Assembly (NCBI GenBank): GCA_965277805.1
Contig: OZ255842.1
Location: 4,064,001 to 4,128,000, forward strand
Source: Candidatus Lustribacter sp.
GTDB lineage: Bacteria; Vulcanimicrobiota; Vulcanimicrobiia; Vulcanimicrobiales; Vulcanimicrobiaceae
Direction: 5' to 3'
DNA: 64,000 nucleotides
Shown: one piece after another, positions 37,360 to 46,440 of the stretch
Position numbering within the stretch: position 1 is the first letter of the stretch
Layout: the number at the start of each line of letters is the position of its first letter
Notes under the pieces: generated by a model
What the model was told of the DNA's origin: nothing
Database searches by the model: none
Seen by the model: only the letters and a program-made list of their open reading frames with translations
Made by a program: the position numbers and the translations under genes

Positions 37360-38538
37360 GTGAAAAGCGTTGTCCGATGTGCCGCGTTAGCCGCGGCGAT
37401 CGCCTTGCTCCTGGGTCCGGCCCCGCGCGCCGCAGCCGCCGATCCGTTCGATGTCTACGTCATTGCGCCGCTGACCGGCAGCAACGCATTCTCGGCGAAA
37501 GACGCGCGCGATGGTCTCAACGCGTTGCAGACGAGCGTCAACGCGACCGGCGGCATTCGCGGACGGTCGCTGAACTTCGTGTATCTCGACACGCAGTCGA
37601 GCCCGCAGATGGCAGTGCAGCTCACGAACCAGATCTTGCCCAAGCATCCCTCGCTCATCATCGGCGACGTCTCGGTCGCCGGTTGCAACGCGATGTCGGC
37701 GTTGCTGAAGAACGGACCGGTAGAGTTTTGCCTCTCGCCGGGGTTCCGGCCGGAAAAGGGCGGCTACACCTACACGATCGGCCTCTCCGCGATCGACGAG
37801 GCGAAGGTCATCTGGCGCAATTTGCGCGAGCGCGGCTGGGACCGCATCGCGCTGCTCGTCGGCAGCGATGCGACGGGCCGTCTCGCCGAGCCTGAGTTTC
37901 AAGAAGTCGCGGCGCTGCCGGAAAACCGCGCGACGCAAATCGTGACGGTCGAGCACTTCAACCTCACGGATGTCACGGTTGCGGCGCAAGTGGCACGCAT
38001 GCGCGCCGCCAACGCCCAAGTGGTGATCGCGTGGGTGAACGGCTCGCCGTTCGGCACGGTGCTGCGTTCGATGAAAGACGCTGCGTTGAACTTGCCGGTC
38101 GTCGGGATCACCGGCAACCTCTCGTACGACGAGCTGCACGCGTTTGCCGCCGCGCTGCCGCCGCAACTGCTGTTTTGCTGGACCAACGTGCCGGCCGCGG
38201 ATCAACCGATCCCGAACGGGCCGCTGAAGGCGATGCAAACGCAGTATCTGCAAACGTTCAAAGCGCTCGGGATCAAGCCTGAATGGGGTCAAGCGGCAGC
38301 ATGGGACACGGCGCTCGTCGCGATCGCGGCGTTGCGCGGTGTGGGAACCGATGCGACGGCCGATCAACTCCGCACGTACGTCAACGGCATGCATGGCCTC
38401 GCCGGCGTTCAGGCCGTCTTCGATTTTCGCAGCGGCGATATGCGCGGCTTGCCGGTCGACGCGGCACGCATGCTCGAGTGGGACGGCGCCAAAGAAACCT
38501 GGACCGTGGCCAGCGGGCCCGGAGGAGCGAGACTGTGA
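37360..38538 (+). CDS. ABC substrate-binding protein (LivJ/PBP1 type)
   Basis: Signal peptide; PLTGS, VNATGGIRGR..D.QSSP motifs. Confidence 0.87.
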   Translation: MKSVVRCAALAAAIALLLGPAPRAAAADPFDVYVIAPLTGSNAFSAKDARDGLNALQTSVNATGGIRGRSLNFVYLDTQSSPQMAVQLTNQILPKHPSLIIGDVSVAGCNAMSALLKNGPVEFCLSPGFRPEKGGYTYTIGLSAIDEAKVIWRNLRERGWDRIALLVGSDATGRLAEPEFQEVAALPENRATQIVTVEHFNLTDVTVAAQVARMRAANAQVVIAWVNGSPFGTVLRSMKDAALNLPVVGITGNLSYDELHAFAAALPPQLLFCWTNVPAADQPIPNGPLKAMQTQYLQTFKALGIKPEWGQAAAWDTALVAIAALRGVGTDATADQLRTYVNGMHGLAGVQAVFDFRSGDMRGLPVDAARMLEWDGAKETWTVASGPGGARL

Positions 38539-39413
38539 CCACCGCCTTGCCGCGCGTCGGCTTCATCGGCACCGGGAACATCGGCCAGCCGATCATTCGC
38601 AGCATGCTGCGCGCCGGCTATCCGGTCGCGGTTTGGAATCGTACGCCGGCGCGCTACGCCGACTTGGTGGCGGCGGGCGCGACGGCCACCGCAACGCCGC
38701 GCGAACTCGCCGCGCAGAGCGACATCCTGTGCGCGATGCTCGTTGAGGCCGCGCACTTGGACGCGCTGCTCGAAGGGTCCGACGGCATCCTCGCCGGCGT
38801 GAAGCCGGGCAGCATCTTCATCGACATGGCCACCAGCGGACCGCGTCATGCGCAATGGCTCGAAGGCGTGTTCGCCGGGAAATCCGTCGCCGCGCTCGAC
38901 GTTCCGGTGCAGGGCGGCGTCAAAGCAGCCGTCGATGCGACGCTCACCGTGATGGCGGGCGGCAGCAAGGAAGCCTACGAGCGCGCGCTGCCGCTCTTGC
39001 AATCGATCGGGAAGAAGATCGTGTACGTGGGCGGCGCAGGCTCCGGGCAATTGACGAAATTGTGCCATCAAGTCGTGCTCGCCGTAACGCTGGAGGGAAT
39101 CGCCGAAGCATTCGCGCTGGCGAAAACGTTCGGCGCCGATCAGGGTGCCGTGCTCGACGTGCTGAGCAACGGTCTTGCGAGCGGCCCGATCTTCAAGAAC
39201 AGCGCCCACCGCATCCCGGTTCGTGATTGGACGCCCGGCCGGCCGATGTGGCTCTACGAAAAAGACGGCGTTAATCTGTCCGAAACGTTAGCCGGAACGT
39301 CATTGGACCTGCCGATCGCGCGCGAGGTCTTCGAGCGCATCCACAAAGTGGTCGAGGGCGGCAGCGGCGATAAAGACGAGATGGTGCTCTACACCCTCCT
39401 CGATCCCGGTTAG
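38535..39413 (+). CDS. Beta-hydroxyacid dehydrogenase (HIBADH/GlxR family)
   Basis: GFIGTGNIG, WNRT, LDVPVQGG, GSGQLTKL motifs. Confidence 0.9.
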   Translation: MTTALPRVGFIGTGNIGQPIIRSMLRAGYPVAVWNRTPARYADLVAAGATATATPRELAAQSDILCAMLVEAAHLDALLEGSDGILAGVKPGSIFIDMATSGPRHAQWLEGVFAGKSVAALDVPVQGGVKAAVDATLTVMAGGSKEAYERALPLLQSIGKKIVYVGGAGSGQLTKLCHQVVLAVTLEGIAEAFALAKTFGADQGAVLDVLSNGLASGPIFKNSAHRIPVRDWTPGRPMWLYEKDGVNLSETLAGTSLDLPIAREVFERIHKVVEGGSGDKDEMVLYTLLDPG

Positions 39414-40153
39414 ACGCCCTCGAGGCCGCCGCGGTGGCGCGCGGTCTCTTCGTGGTAGTGGTAGTGCTTCTTCATGACGATCGGCTGGCACATCTGTTTT
39501 GCAGCGCGAGCCAGTTCGTCGCCCTTTAACGTGCGCGGTGTGCCGAGGTTGTTCGCCATGCACTGGATGCGAGCGTTCTCGGCCACGAGCACGGTGCGCG
39601 CCACGGCCTCTTCGAACGTCGCACCGATCACGACGACGCCGTGGCCGCGAATCACCAGCACGTTCTCGCTGCCGAGATGATCGGCGAGTATTTCACCGCG
39701 CTCGATCGACGTGATGATGTTCGGGTCGTCCCACACCGGCGCCCGTTCGGGCAGAAAACCCGCGGCCAAATGCACCGGCATCAGCGGGATGTCGACGATC
39801 GAGAGCGCGATCACGTGCTCGGGATGCGTGTGCACGATCGCCTTGACGTCGGGCCGGCGCCGGAACACGGCGAGATGAATCGGCAGCTCGCTCGGCGGTT
39901 CATCCCCTGAACCGATGCGCTTGCCGGTCGTGAGGTCGACCGGCACGATGTCCTGCGCGGTGAGCGTCGAACGGCTCGCCTTGCGCGAGTTGATCCACAG
40001 CCGATCGGGATCATCGGCATCGCGAACCGCGAGGTGACCGCTCATGTGCATCACGCCGGCAGAGTTGAGCACGCGCACGGCACGTGCGACGATCAGGGCG
40101 TAATCGGCACCGGGTACGAAGGCCGCGGAAACCGGTTCGGCGACTTGAGTCAT
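39410..40153 (-). CDS. Class II aldolase/adducin family protein
   Basis: SGHL..R, PSELPIH, HTHP, RGHG motifs. Confidence 0.88.
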   Translation of the reverse strand: MTQVAEPVSAAFVPGADYALIVARAVRVLNSAGVMHMSGHLAVRDADDPDRLWINSRKASRSTLTAQDIVPVDLTTGKRIGSGDEPPSELPIHLAVFRRRPDVKAIVHTHPEHVIALSIVDIPLMPVHLAAGFLPERAPVWDDPNIITSIERGEILADHLGSENVLVIRGHGVVVIGATFEEAVARTVLVAENARIQCMANNLGTPRTLKGDELARAAKQMCQPIVMKKHYHYHEETARHRGGLEGV

Positions 40154-40183
40154 GCTGACTTCCCCAATGAACTTGCAGGGATG

Positions 40184-40201
40184 CGTTTAGTTCTCTAACT
40201 A
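40184..40201. promoter_or_regulatory. Putative MarR-type operator, copy 3
   Basis: CGTTTAGTTCTCTAACTA, containing the TAGTT/AACTA inverted repeat, in a divergent gap. Confidence 0.55.
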
Positions 40202-40207
40202 GGAATC

Positions 40208-41185
40208 ATGACCTTGAAAACTCCCTTGACGTTCGCCTGCGGCGCGTACGACCGCACCTTGCCGCTGATGACCCGCGAAGTTACCGTTGACGATGTCGAT
40301 CTCAACTACGTTGTGGTCGATGAGCCGCGCGAAATCTTCGACCGTATGGCCGGTGGCGAAGGCTTCGATCTCGCCGAGATGTCGCTCTCGGAATTCATCT
40401 GCCGGTACGACGCGAAGCAAAATCCGTTTGTCGCACTGCCGGTCTTTCCGTCGCGCGTGTTCCGGCACAGCATGATCACCGTCAACCGGAAAACCGTGCG
40501 CACGCCGGCGGACCTCGCGGGCAAGCGCATCGGCGTGCCGCTCTACACGATGACGGCGGCCGTCTTCCAACGCGGCATGCTGCAGCACGATCACGGTATC
40601 GATCTCTCGACCGTGCACTGGGTGGAGGGCGCCACGAACGCGCCGACGAGTCACGGCGACCCGACGGCGATGCCGTTGCTGAAACCGGTCGATCTCGAAA
40701 AGAACACCTCCGGCAAGTCTACGGGCGATCTCTTGAGCGAGGGCAAACTCGATGCGGTGATCGGCACGAGCCTGCCGCTGGCGATGAAGACGAATCCCGA
40801 CGTCGTGCGGCTGTTTCCCGATTTTCGCGCGGCCGAACAAGACTACTACACGCGCACGGGCATCTTCCCGATCATGCACGTACTCGTGATCCAACGCGAG
40901 ATCTACGATCGCGACCCGTCGATCGGCCCGCGCCTCTACAAAGCGTTCGAAGAAGCGAAGGCGCTCTCGCGCAAACGCATGATGCGGCTGCAAACGCTCT
41001 CGTACATGATTCCCTGGATGATCGCCGATGTCGAAGAACAGGAACGCATCTTCGGCGGCGATGCCTGGCCCTACGGCGTGGAACCCAACCGCGTCACGCT
41101 CGAAGCGCTCGTGACGTATCTGGCCGAGCAGCACATGATCTCGAAAACCATGCCGATCGAAGAACTCTTCGCACCTACCGCCTAA
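40208..41185 (+). CDS. 4,5-dihydroxyphthalate decarboxylase-like protein (PBP2 fold)
   Basis: YDRT, FDLAEMSLS, PVFPSRVFRH, IFPIMH, WPYGVE.N motifs. Confidence 0.85.
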   Translation: MTLKTPLTFACGAYDRTLPLMTREVTVDDVDLNYVVVDEPREIFDRMAGGEGFDLAEMSLSEFICRYDAKQNPFVALPVFPSRVFRHSMITVNRKTVRTPADLAGKRIGVPLYTMTAAVFQRGMLQHDHGIDLSTVHWVEGATNAPTSHGDPTAMPLLKPVDLEKNTSGKSTGDLLSEGKLDAVIGTSLPLAMKTNPDVVRLFPDFRAAEQDYYTRTGIFPIMHVLVIQREIYDRDPSIGPRLYKAFEEAKALSRKRMMRLQTLSYMIPWMIADVEEQERIFGGDAWPYGVEPNRVTLEALVTYLAEQHMISKTMPIEELFAPTA

Positions 41186-41197
41186 GGACTACCGCAC

Positions 41198-41596
41198 ATG
41201 CTGAACGAGGAATATTACGAGAAGGGCATCGCGCTCATGGGCGCGGTCATGGGGCCGGAGTGGATCGCCGCCTCACGCAAGAAGCACGACGAGGCGGTTG
41301 CGAACGGCGACGCCGAGCGCAGTGACTTCTCAACCGAAGTCCTGTTCGGGTTCATGTTCAACCGCCCGCAGCTCTCGCTGCGCGATCGCGCGCTGGTGAT
41401 GATCGCGAACGATATCTCGGAGAATGCCCCGAACGCGCTCCGCTCGCACGTGCAAGTCGGCCTCTACGCCGGCATCACCCGCGACGAAATCCGCGAGATC
41501 GTCTTCATGATGACCCAGTACTGCGGCCACCCACGCGCCCGCGAAGCCGACATCACGATCAGCGCCCTATTCAACGAACTAGACGCCAAAAAATAA
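41198..41596 (+). CDS. Carboxymuconolactone decarboxylase family protein
   Basis: RPQLSLRDRAL, L..H....L..GIT.DEI.E, YCG.P motifs. Confidence 0.82.
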   Translation: MLNEEYYEKGIALMGAVMGPEWIAASRKKHDEAVANGDAERSDFSTEVLFGFMFNRPQLSLRDRALVMIANDISENAPNALRSHVQVGLYAGITRDEIREIVFMMTQYCGHPRAREADITISALFNELDAKK

Positions 41597-41600
41597 CGGC

Positions 41601-42812
41601 TTAACCGTGGCTTCGAACGTGAGCGCTATTGGGGTCGGAGTGATCGTGGTCGAGGTAGTGCTGGCGTAGCAAGTCGCGTCCGTAGTCATTACCGTTCGGC
41701 GTGCGCACGATCGTGTGCACGTGCGCCCGGGTCGGCTCCGGGTTGTCGAACGCAATCCCCGGCAAGTGATCGAACTCGATGAAGATCACCGGGCTGTGGA
41801 CGCGATAGTAAAACGGGCTGACGTCATCGCACGCGCCCATCCAGGCGAAGTAGGTCTCATCGAGGTGAGCCCGGACTTCGTCCATCCGAACGGCGTCGTG
41901 GCCGGGCCGCATCCGGCCGACATACACTTCGATGACCGCCAGCAGCAAGTCGCGCTGCGCCGCGGTCAGCGCATCCCAGCGAATGCCCGCATACGGCAAG
42001 ACGAGATTGTCGATTTGCGCGATCGTGAAGATCTCGCGCGGCACCGCAGGTCCGATGCGCGCAACGTCCTGCTGCTCTTTGGTGAACGCCTTCATCAGAT
42101 TGAGCCCCGCATCCCGTTCCGCGTCGAACACCCGCGTGCCGGCATACTTACCCGACTTGGCGACGACCGGTTCGGAACCGCTGAAGTACGGCGTGAGCAC
42201 GAGCTGATCGCCCTGGATGAACGCGTTGATGATGAGATGGTGCCCGTCGAGTTGCCAGCCCCAGGGCTCCGTCTCCGACGGCTCGCCGAAGATACTCATG
42301 TAGTAGTACCACTCGTTGAACTCTTCGGTACGTCCGGAAATCTCCGCAACGTGTTCGTTGAGCTTCATCACGTTGCGCGCGTTTTCGAATCCGGCTGCGC
42401 TCAGCGTCGTGCGGAGGATGTCGAGCGCGGCGTTTCTCTGCGTATCGCTCAACTCGTAGAGACACGCGCCATGGCGATAAAAGCAGACGTGCATGTTGTG
42501 CCACTTGCGCCAGGCATCGCTGTCGAGATCGAACGCCGCAGCTTCCCGCTGCTCCGCGCTCAACATCTCCCGGAAGCGCCGCGCTGCATCGGCAACCGGC
42601 TGCAGCGAGAGCCCGGTCTTCTCCACCGGAAAGAGTCCGGGCACCACGTTCCCGTCGGTCGTCAGTCCGGTAAACTCTTCGCCCAGCAGGCGTTCCGAGC
42701 GCTCGAGCGAGGTCGTGAAGATCGTGTGCAGCGGCTCGGGAAATGCATCGAGCGGCGTCCATTCTCGCGCCGACCCCGATTGGACTTTGATGATGTGCGC
42801 TTCGTCGTGCAT
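41601..42812 (-). CDS. DUF3500 family protein
   Basis: IFGEP..EPWGWQLDGHH, YYRVHSP..IEFD, HVHTIVRTPNGNDYG motifs. Confidence 0.85.
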   Translation of the reverse strand: MHDEAHIIKVQSGSAREWTPLDAFPEPLHTIFTTSLERSERLLGEEFTGLTTDGNVVPGLFPVEKTGLSLQPVADAARRFREMLSAEQREAAAFDLDSDAWRKWHNMHVCFYRHGACLYELSDTQRNAALDILRTTLSAAGFENARNVMKLNEHVAEISGRTEEFNEWYYYMSIFGEPSETEPWGWQLDGHHLIINAFIQGDQLVLTPYFSGSEPVVAKSGKYAGTRVFDAERDAGLNLMKAFTKEQQDVARIGPAVPREIFTIAQIDNLVLPYAGIRWDALTAAQRDLLLAVIEVYVGRMRPGHDAVRMDEVRAHLDETYFAWMGACDDVSPFYYRVHSPVIFIEFDHLPGIAFDNPEPTRAHVHTIVRTPNGNDYGRDLLRQHYLDHDHSDPNSAHVRSHG

Positions 42813-42844
42813 GAGGAACTCTTATTCAGTGCCTCTCGGGGTCC

Positions 42845-44446
42845 TTGACCGCCGACAGGAAACCGCTCGCCGAAACCGGATTGGCGACCAACATGTTCTC
42901 CGGAATCGGCCGGACGCGAGTTCTTATCGCGCTCGTCATCGTCTTGCTGGCGGGCTTACCGCTGGCCGTATGGTTCGATCTGCGGACGGTCACGCAAATG
43001 GCGCTCACGCAGCAGGTGACGGACCTCAATGCCGTGCTCGGCGGCGTACGCGACTTCTACAGCACGGATGTCGTTGGCCGCGTGCTCGCCGCACATGGAA
43101 CGACGCTGGTGACGAACGATTTCGAGGATCATCCCGGCGCGATTCCGATTCCGGCAACGTTCTCGCTCGATCTCGGCGAAGTCGTCAGCCACGATCAAAA
43201 CGATATCGCCTATCGTTTCGTCTCCGACTACCCGTTCAAGAACCGGGCACCGCATCCGCTCGACGAGTTCGAACGCTCGGCACTCGCCACGCTGCGCGCG
43301 ACCCGCGATCCGAAGCAGAAGCTTTACGCCACCGAGTGGCACGGCTTCACGACGCGGGTCCGCGTCATCGCGCCGATCATCATGGGGCAGACGTGCGTCG
43401 CCTGCCACAACACCCATCCGGATAGTCCGAAACGCGACTGGAAGATCGGCGACGTGCGCGGGATCCAGGAATTGAGCGTCGAGGAACCCATCGCGACGAA
43501 CCTCTTCTCGTTCAAGTATCTCTTATTGTACTTCGCGTTTGCTGGAATGCTCGGCTTCACCATCGTGGCGAACGAACGCCGTCAGAGCGACCTGGTTGCC
43601 GCCATCAATGCGCGGCTGGGCGAGGCCAACGATTTTCTTGCCGGCATCTCAGCCAAACTCGCACGTTATCTCGCCCCGCAGATCTACGCGTCGATCTTCA
43701 GCGGCAAGCGCGATGTAACGATCGCGACCGAGCGCAAGAAGCTCACCATTTTCTTCTCGGATATCAAAGATTTCACGGCCACGACCGATCGGCTGCAGCC
43801 CGAGGAACTGGCCGCGCTGCTCAACGAGTACCTCACCGAAATGTCGGCGATCGCCCTGAAGTGGGGCGGCACGATCGATAAGTTCATCGGCGATGCGATG
43901 GTCGTGTTCTTCGGCGACCCGGAGACGAAGGGCGTGGCCGAAGATGCGGCCGCCGCCGTGCGCATGGCGGTCGAGATGCAATCGCGCCTGGCCGAACTCA
44001 ACGTGTTGTGGCGTTCGCACGGCATCGAGATCCCGTTCCGCGCGCGCATGGGGATCAACACCGGCTTCGTGAACGTCGGAAATTTCGGCAGCATCGACCG
44101 CATGGACTACACGATCATCGGCGGCGAAGCCAACCTCGCCGCGCGGCTCGAAACGAGCGCCGAGCCCGGCGGGATCGTGATGAGCTACGAGACCTACGCC
44201 CTCGTGCGCGACGTCGTCGCCGCCCAAGAGCAACCGCCGATTCGGGTCAAGGGCATCAACCGCGACGTCATTCCCTACGTCGTCGAGGGACTGCTCGGCG
44301 CCTCGGGCGAGGTCGTGCGCATCGTGAAGCTGCACGAGCGCGGCCTCGATCTCTACTTCGACCCCTCACAAGTCAGCGGCGAAGATGCGGCCCGCATCCG
44401 CAAGGCGCTACAAGACGCGCTCGACGCGCTTGGACAGACGCCTTAG
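42845..44446 (+). CDS. Membrane adenylate cyclase with periplasmic c-type heme (DUF3365/Tll0287-like) sensor
   Basis: Two TMs flank P.PAT..SD.P..N...CVACH...GDVRG; class III cyclase motifs FSDI, KFIGDA, GNFGS..RMDYT, NLAAR. The start may be ATG 42893. Confidence 0.9.
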   Translation: MTADRKPLAETGLATNMFSGIGRTRVLIALVIVLLAGLPLAVWFDLRTVTQMALTQQVTDLNAVLGGVRDFYSTDVVGRVLAAHGTTLVTNDFEDHPGAIPIPATFSLDLGEVVSHDQNDIAYRFVSDYPFKNRAPHPLDEFERSALATLRATRDPKQKLYATEWHGFTTRVRVIAPIIMGQTCVACHNTHPDSPKRDWKIGDVRGIQELSVEEPIATNLFSFKYLLLYFAFAGMLGFTIVANERRQSDLVAAINARLGEANDFLAGISAKLARYLAPQIYASIFSGKRDVTIATERKKLTIFFSDIKDFTATTDRLQPEELAALLNEYLTEMSAIALKWGGTIDKFIGDAMVVFFGDPETKGVAEDAAAAVRMAVEMQSRLAELNVLWRSHGIEIPFRARMGINTGFVNVGNFGSIDRMDYTIIGGEANLAARLETSAEPGGIVMSYETYALVRDVVAAQEQPPIRVKGINRDVIPYVVEGLLGASGEVVRIVKLHERGLDLYFDPSQVSGEDAARIRKALQDALDALGQTP

Positions 44447-44456
44447 CGAGGTTCGC

Positions 44457-45482
44457 CTAAGCCGGAACGGGCGTAAGCTCCGCAAGGTCGGGCAAAACCT
44501 CGCTCGTGAGCAGTTCGAGCGAATTCATCGATTGCTCGAACGTCAGGTTGCCGAACGCGACGCGCGCGGCGAGGTAGTTGATGCCCGACTCCTCGATGAA
44601 CTTCGCGAGCGCGTCGCGTACGGTTCGCGGGCTGCCGGCGAAAACGAGGCCGCCGGCAAGTGCCGTATCGAAGTCCGCCACCCACGCCTGCGGAATGTTG
44701 CGCTGCTTCCAGAGCAAACCGGTGTGCTCGGTGTACATCTCGTACGCGGGGCGTGCCAGCGCAAGCGCTTCGGCATCGGTCTCGGCGATGACGATGTGCT
44801 TGTTGCTGCCGAAGAACGGAAACTCGCGCGGGTCGTTCCCCGCCTTCGCCCATTCGAGCTGATAGCGATCGCGAATGGCCCGCGCACCGGCGGCCTTGAG
44901 GCCGGTCAGCAGATTCACGCGGTGCTTCGCGGCCCACACGGTCGTGTCGGGCGAGCTGATGCCGTACCAGAACGGCGGATGCGGTTCTTGCACCGGGCGC
45001 ATCACGATCGGCACCTTGTCGAAGCGGTAGTGATCGCCCTGAAAATTCAATGGGCCGCCTTCGAACGCACGCATGAGAACGTCGAACGACTCGGCGTAGA
45101 TCGCGTTTGCCGTATCGAGGTCGGGAATACCGAGAAAGCTCAGCTCGATCGGGGAGGCGCCGCGGCCGATGCCCAATTCCAATCGTCCGCCGCTCAGGTG
45201 ATCGAGCATGCAGATCTCTTCGTAGAGCCGGTACGGATGATAACCGGAGAGACAAAAGACCATCGGCCCGAAGCGCAGGGTCGTCGTCCGTTGCGCGATC
45301 GATGCCAAGAAGATCGCCGGCGACGGCGCGAGGCCGATCGGCGTGCCGTGATGCTCCGCAAGGTGGAACGCGTGGAACCAGCCGCTCTTCTCGTAGGCTT
45401 CGATCAGGCGCAAGCGCTCCTCGTACTGGTCGCCCAGCGCGAGGAGGCCCTGGTCCATGTGATCGAACGCGCCGAACTTCAT
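44457..45482 (-). CDS. LLM class flavin-dependent oxidoreductase
   Basis: MKFGAFDH, AEHHGTP, LDHLSGGRLELGIGRG motifs. Confidence 0.9.
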   Translation of the reverse strand: MKFGAFDHMDQGLLALGDQYEERLRLIEAYEKSGWFHAFHLAEHHGTPIGLAPSPAIFLASIAQRTTTLRFGPMVFCLSGYHPYRLYEEICMLDHLSGGRLELGIGRGASPIELSFLGIPDLDTANAIYAESFDVLMRAFEGGPLNFQGDHYRFDKVPIVMRPVQEPHPPFWYGISSPDTTVWAAKHRVNLLTGLKAAGARAIRDRYQLEWAKAGNDPREFPFFGSNKHIVIAETDAEALALARPAYEMYTEHTGLLWKQRNIPQAWVADFDTALAGGLVFAGSPRTVRDALAKFIEESGINYLAARVAFGNLTFEQSMNSLELLTSEVLPDLAELTPVPA

Positions 45483-46414
45483 CGCGGGGCGTACATGAAG
45501 TCTTGCGCCGGGAACGAGCTCGCGATGGCGCCATATTTCGCCGAGAGATCGATCACCGGCTGAATCTGCGCCACTTCCGGACGCGTTCCGTACGTGATCC
45601 GGTGGATCGTTTTGAATATCGCCGGATCGAGGTTCGAATACTTGGCCAGAATGGCGGCGCTCGCGTCGTGATTTGCGTTCGCCCACGTGGCCGTCTTCGT
45701 CATCACCGCGCGAAACGAATCGACGACGGTTCGATTCGCCTCAGCCCACGGCCGCGTCGTGAACCACGCGCCGAGCATCCAGCGCGGCGCGACGGCATCG
45801 AAGCACGTCGCAAACGTGCGCGCATACGCGGACGCCGTCGTGACGAACGGCTCGGCGAGCCAGCCGGCATCGATACGCCCCTGCTGCAAGGCGGCCGGGA
45901 TCGCGGGCATGGGAATCTCGATGAACTTGACCGTGCTCGACTTCCCCCCGTTCTGATCAATCCAGAGTTCGGGCGCGAGCACGCCGACGTCGGCCAAGCC
46001 CGTGGTGCCGATCGTCTTGCCGGTCAAATCGCTCGCGGTGTGGAGCGGAGAGTCTTTCATCACCATGAGCTGCGTGGCAAGCGATCCGGTCGTACTGACC
46101 CCGCCCGCGCCGATGATCAGCACCGGCAGTCCCCGCTTGTACGCGGCGGCGAGGGAAATGATGTTCGACCAGCCGATGTCGATCGCGTTCGCAACGACCG
46201 AGGCGGTGATGGCGCCGCCGTTCGAAACGCTCTGAATCGTGACGTCTAAGCCCGCGTCTTTGAAACACCCGAGGTCGTTGGCGTAGTACGCCAGCGCCGT
46301 TCCGTCGATCGGCAGGGTTGCAATCCGTACGGCCGTTGCCGCGCCCGCTGCAAGGGGCACCGATGCTGCGGCGACTCCGGCGCCGATGAGGCCGAGGGCG
46401 TGCTGTCGATTCAT
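45479..46414 (-). CDS. ABC substrate-binding protein (NMT1/SsuA type)
   Basis: Signal peptide; G.FKDAGLDV, DLTGKTIG, GRIDA..AEP motifs. Confidence 0.87.
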   Translation of the reverse strand: MNRQHALGLIGAGVAAASVPLAAGAATAVRIATLPIDGTALAYYANDLGCFKDAGLDVTIQSVSNGGAITASVVANAIDIGWSNIISLAAAYKRGLPVLIIGAGGVSTTGSLATQLMVMKDSPLHTASDLTGKTIGTTGLADVGVLAPELWIDQNGGKSSTVKFIEIPMPAIPAALQQGRIDAGWLAEPFVTTASAYARTFATCFDAVAPRWMLGAWFTTRPWAEANRTVVDSFRAVMTKTATWANANHDASAAILAKYSNLDPAIFKTIHRITYGTRPEVAQIQPVIDLSAKYGAIASSFPAQDFMYAPR

Positions 46415-46440
46415 CGCAGAGTTCCAGCTTTCATGAAGCG

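Noticed and set aside
29872-44446. Cyclase + MBL as a Pycsar/CBASS-type antiphage system
   Set aside because: The genes are 11 kb apart, and the cyclase has ATP-specifying residues and a membrane heme sensor; this fits signalling rather than defence.
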